DNA of 64,000 bases. It comes from Chara braunii (Eukaryota; Plantae; Charophyceae). Below are positions 63,001 through 64,000 of the stretch, piece by piece. The notes beneath the pieces were generated by a model, which did not search any database, was not told where the DNA came from, and was given only the letters and a program-made list of their open reading frames with translations. The position numbers were made by a program, and so were the translations under genes. The stretch's first letter is position 1. Every line of letters begins with the position of its first letter. Where the stretch lies: NCBI GenBank assembly GCA_003427395.1, contig BFEA01000001.1, forward strand, positions 1,050,348-1,114,347. Direction: 5' to 3'.

Positions 63001-64000
63001 ACATCAACAATACAATCAAGGTTGGCTGCTGCTGGTTCTTCTCTTCGCAGATGTGTGTCTCGCCAGGAAGGTGTCCAGACGCCTGGCACTACAGCATTTT
63101 CCGCATGCTGTACAGCCCGTCTGGATCCACCCATGCAAGGCACTTTTCCCCCAGATATGCCACATCAGCATCGGCATACCACATCAGCCATGCCGTCGTG
63201 CCCTGCAAGCAATAAATGCCTCCCACATTAGTAGCGGAGGCCTGCCTGCCTGCCACGTCTTCAAGGAAGTTCGCCACGTCAGCTATGGTACCTGCCCCTG
63301 GTAGTATCACGTCAGCAAGAGGTATACCAGACGTGCACAACAATGCCTGCCATGTCAGCAGGCGATGTCAACTTTCGTGCCTGCCTCATCAGAGGTCCTC
63401 TGTCCATGTCAGCAGCTGGATATTGGTCATGCCAGTAATTCTGCTTGCCAAGTCAGCAAGCCATGACAACATCAGCATCCAGTATATGCCACGTCAGCTC
63501 TCCCTCTTGATCTCGCCAGTCTCTCTCTGGTGCCACGTCAGCAGCCTACACAGCCACGTGCCACCTGGTATCTCCTCGCCGTAGAGTATCTCTTCGGCAG
63601 CAATTAAAAAAAAATGCCGCACTTCTTCCTCCACCGTGGACACTTCTACATCATCATCATCCCACTCGTAGGCATCATCAGCAGGCAGCGAGGTAAGTGA
63701 ACAACTCTCCAATACCAAATTGTAATGAACCCAGTCTCGTTGTTACATGCTGAGAGCCTCCACACGGGCCCCTCACGGGACCCGAGGTTGGATAAGGGCC
63801 CCCAGGTCGCATCACCGCAAGCTGGAGGCCCTACGGCCATTTTACTTAGGCCTGCATCGGANAGACTTCAACTTTAAGNTGATTTCTNATTTNTNTANTT
63901 ACNGATGTGTTTTTACTAATGTGCTGTTGTCCGTTTTGTGGCCAGGTACACAGTTAGGACCAGGGCCGGAATCAGGCCCAGAGGCTGAGCCTCTAATTCA
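60030..64000 (-). mobile_element. 5' part of an LTR retrotransposon: LTR (63721 to window end), PBS, long leader and decayed gag
   Basis: LTR edge TGTAATG at 63721 on plus; gag-like YTGEK...LLWIAEI...AKAW...DKAFDQLTTIGQ on minus at about 60450-60850. Confidence 0.75.
63705..63717 (-). promoter_or_regulatory. Primer-binding site, initiator-Met-like
   Basis: TGGTATTGGAGAG lies 3 nt inside the LTR ending CA and resembles TGGTATCAGAG. Confidence 0.6.

Overview
Eukaryotic, repeat-dense genomic window with N gaps; a streptophyte alga or plant origin is inferred from the Pol IV-type gene and the TE types. One host gene is recognisable: minus-strand exons of an RNA polymerase IV/V-type largest subunit, most like NRPD1 (37926-38099 and 36953-37195, probably 9876-10238 and 9538-9646). 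Its very large introns hold nested retroelements. There are four L1/Tx1-like LINE copies: a full-length one at 28251-36676 with a 13-bp TSD, a 5'-truncated one at 11408-17325 with a 17-bp TSD, and two interrupted copies. Also present are a 2.9-kb poly(A) retroposed insert without RT (1936-4828, TSD ACAGT), four decayed Ty3/Gypsy elements (two with chromodomains), two solo LTRs with 4-bp TSDs and a hAT-like non-autonomous element with an internal hairpin. Three observations stand out. (1) A Gypsy element (38668-50338) carries a C4HC3 PHD finger between RNase H and integrase, plus a long extra 3' ORF whose ATG overlaps the pol stop. (2) A roughly 150-nt structured RNA motif with compensatory base changes is shared by the 3' ends of diverged LINEs and partly by the RT-less insert. 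(3) An unrecognised conserved C-terminal domain occurs in the very long LINE ORF1. All TE ORFs carry stops or frameshifts. All calls are by eye; no searches or folding were run.
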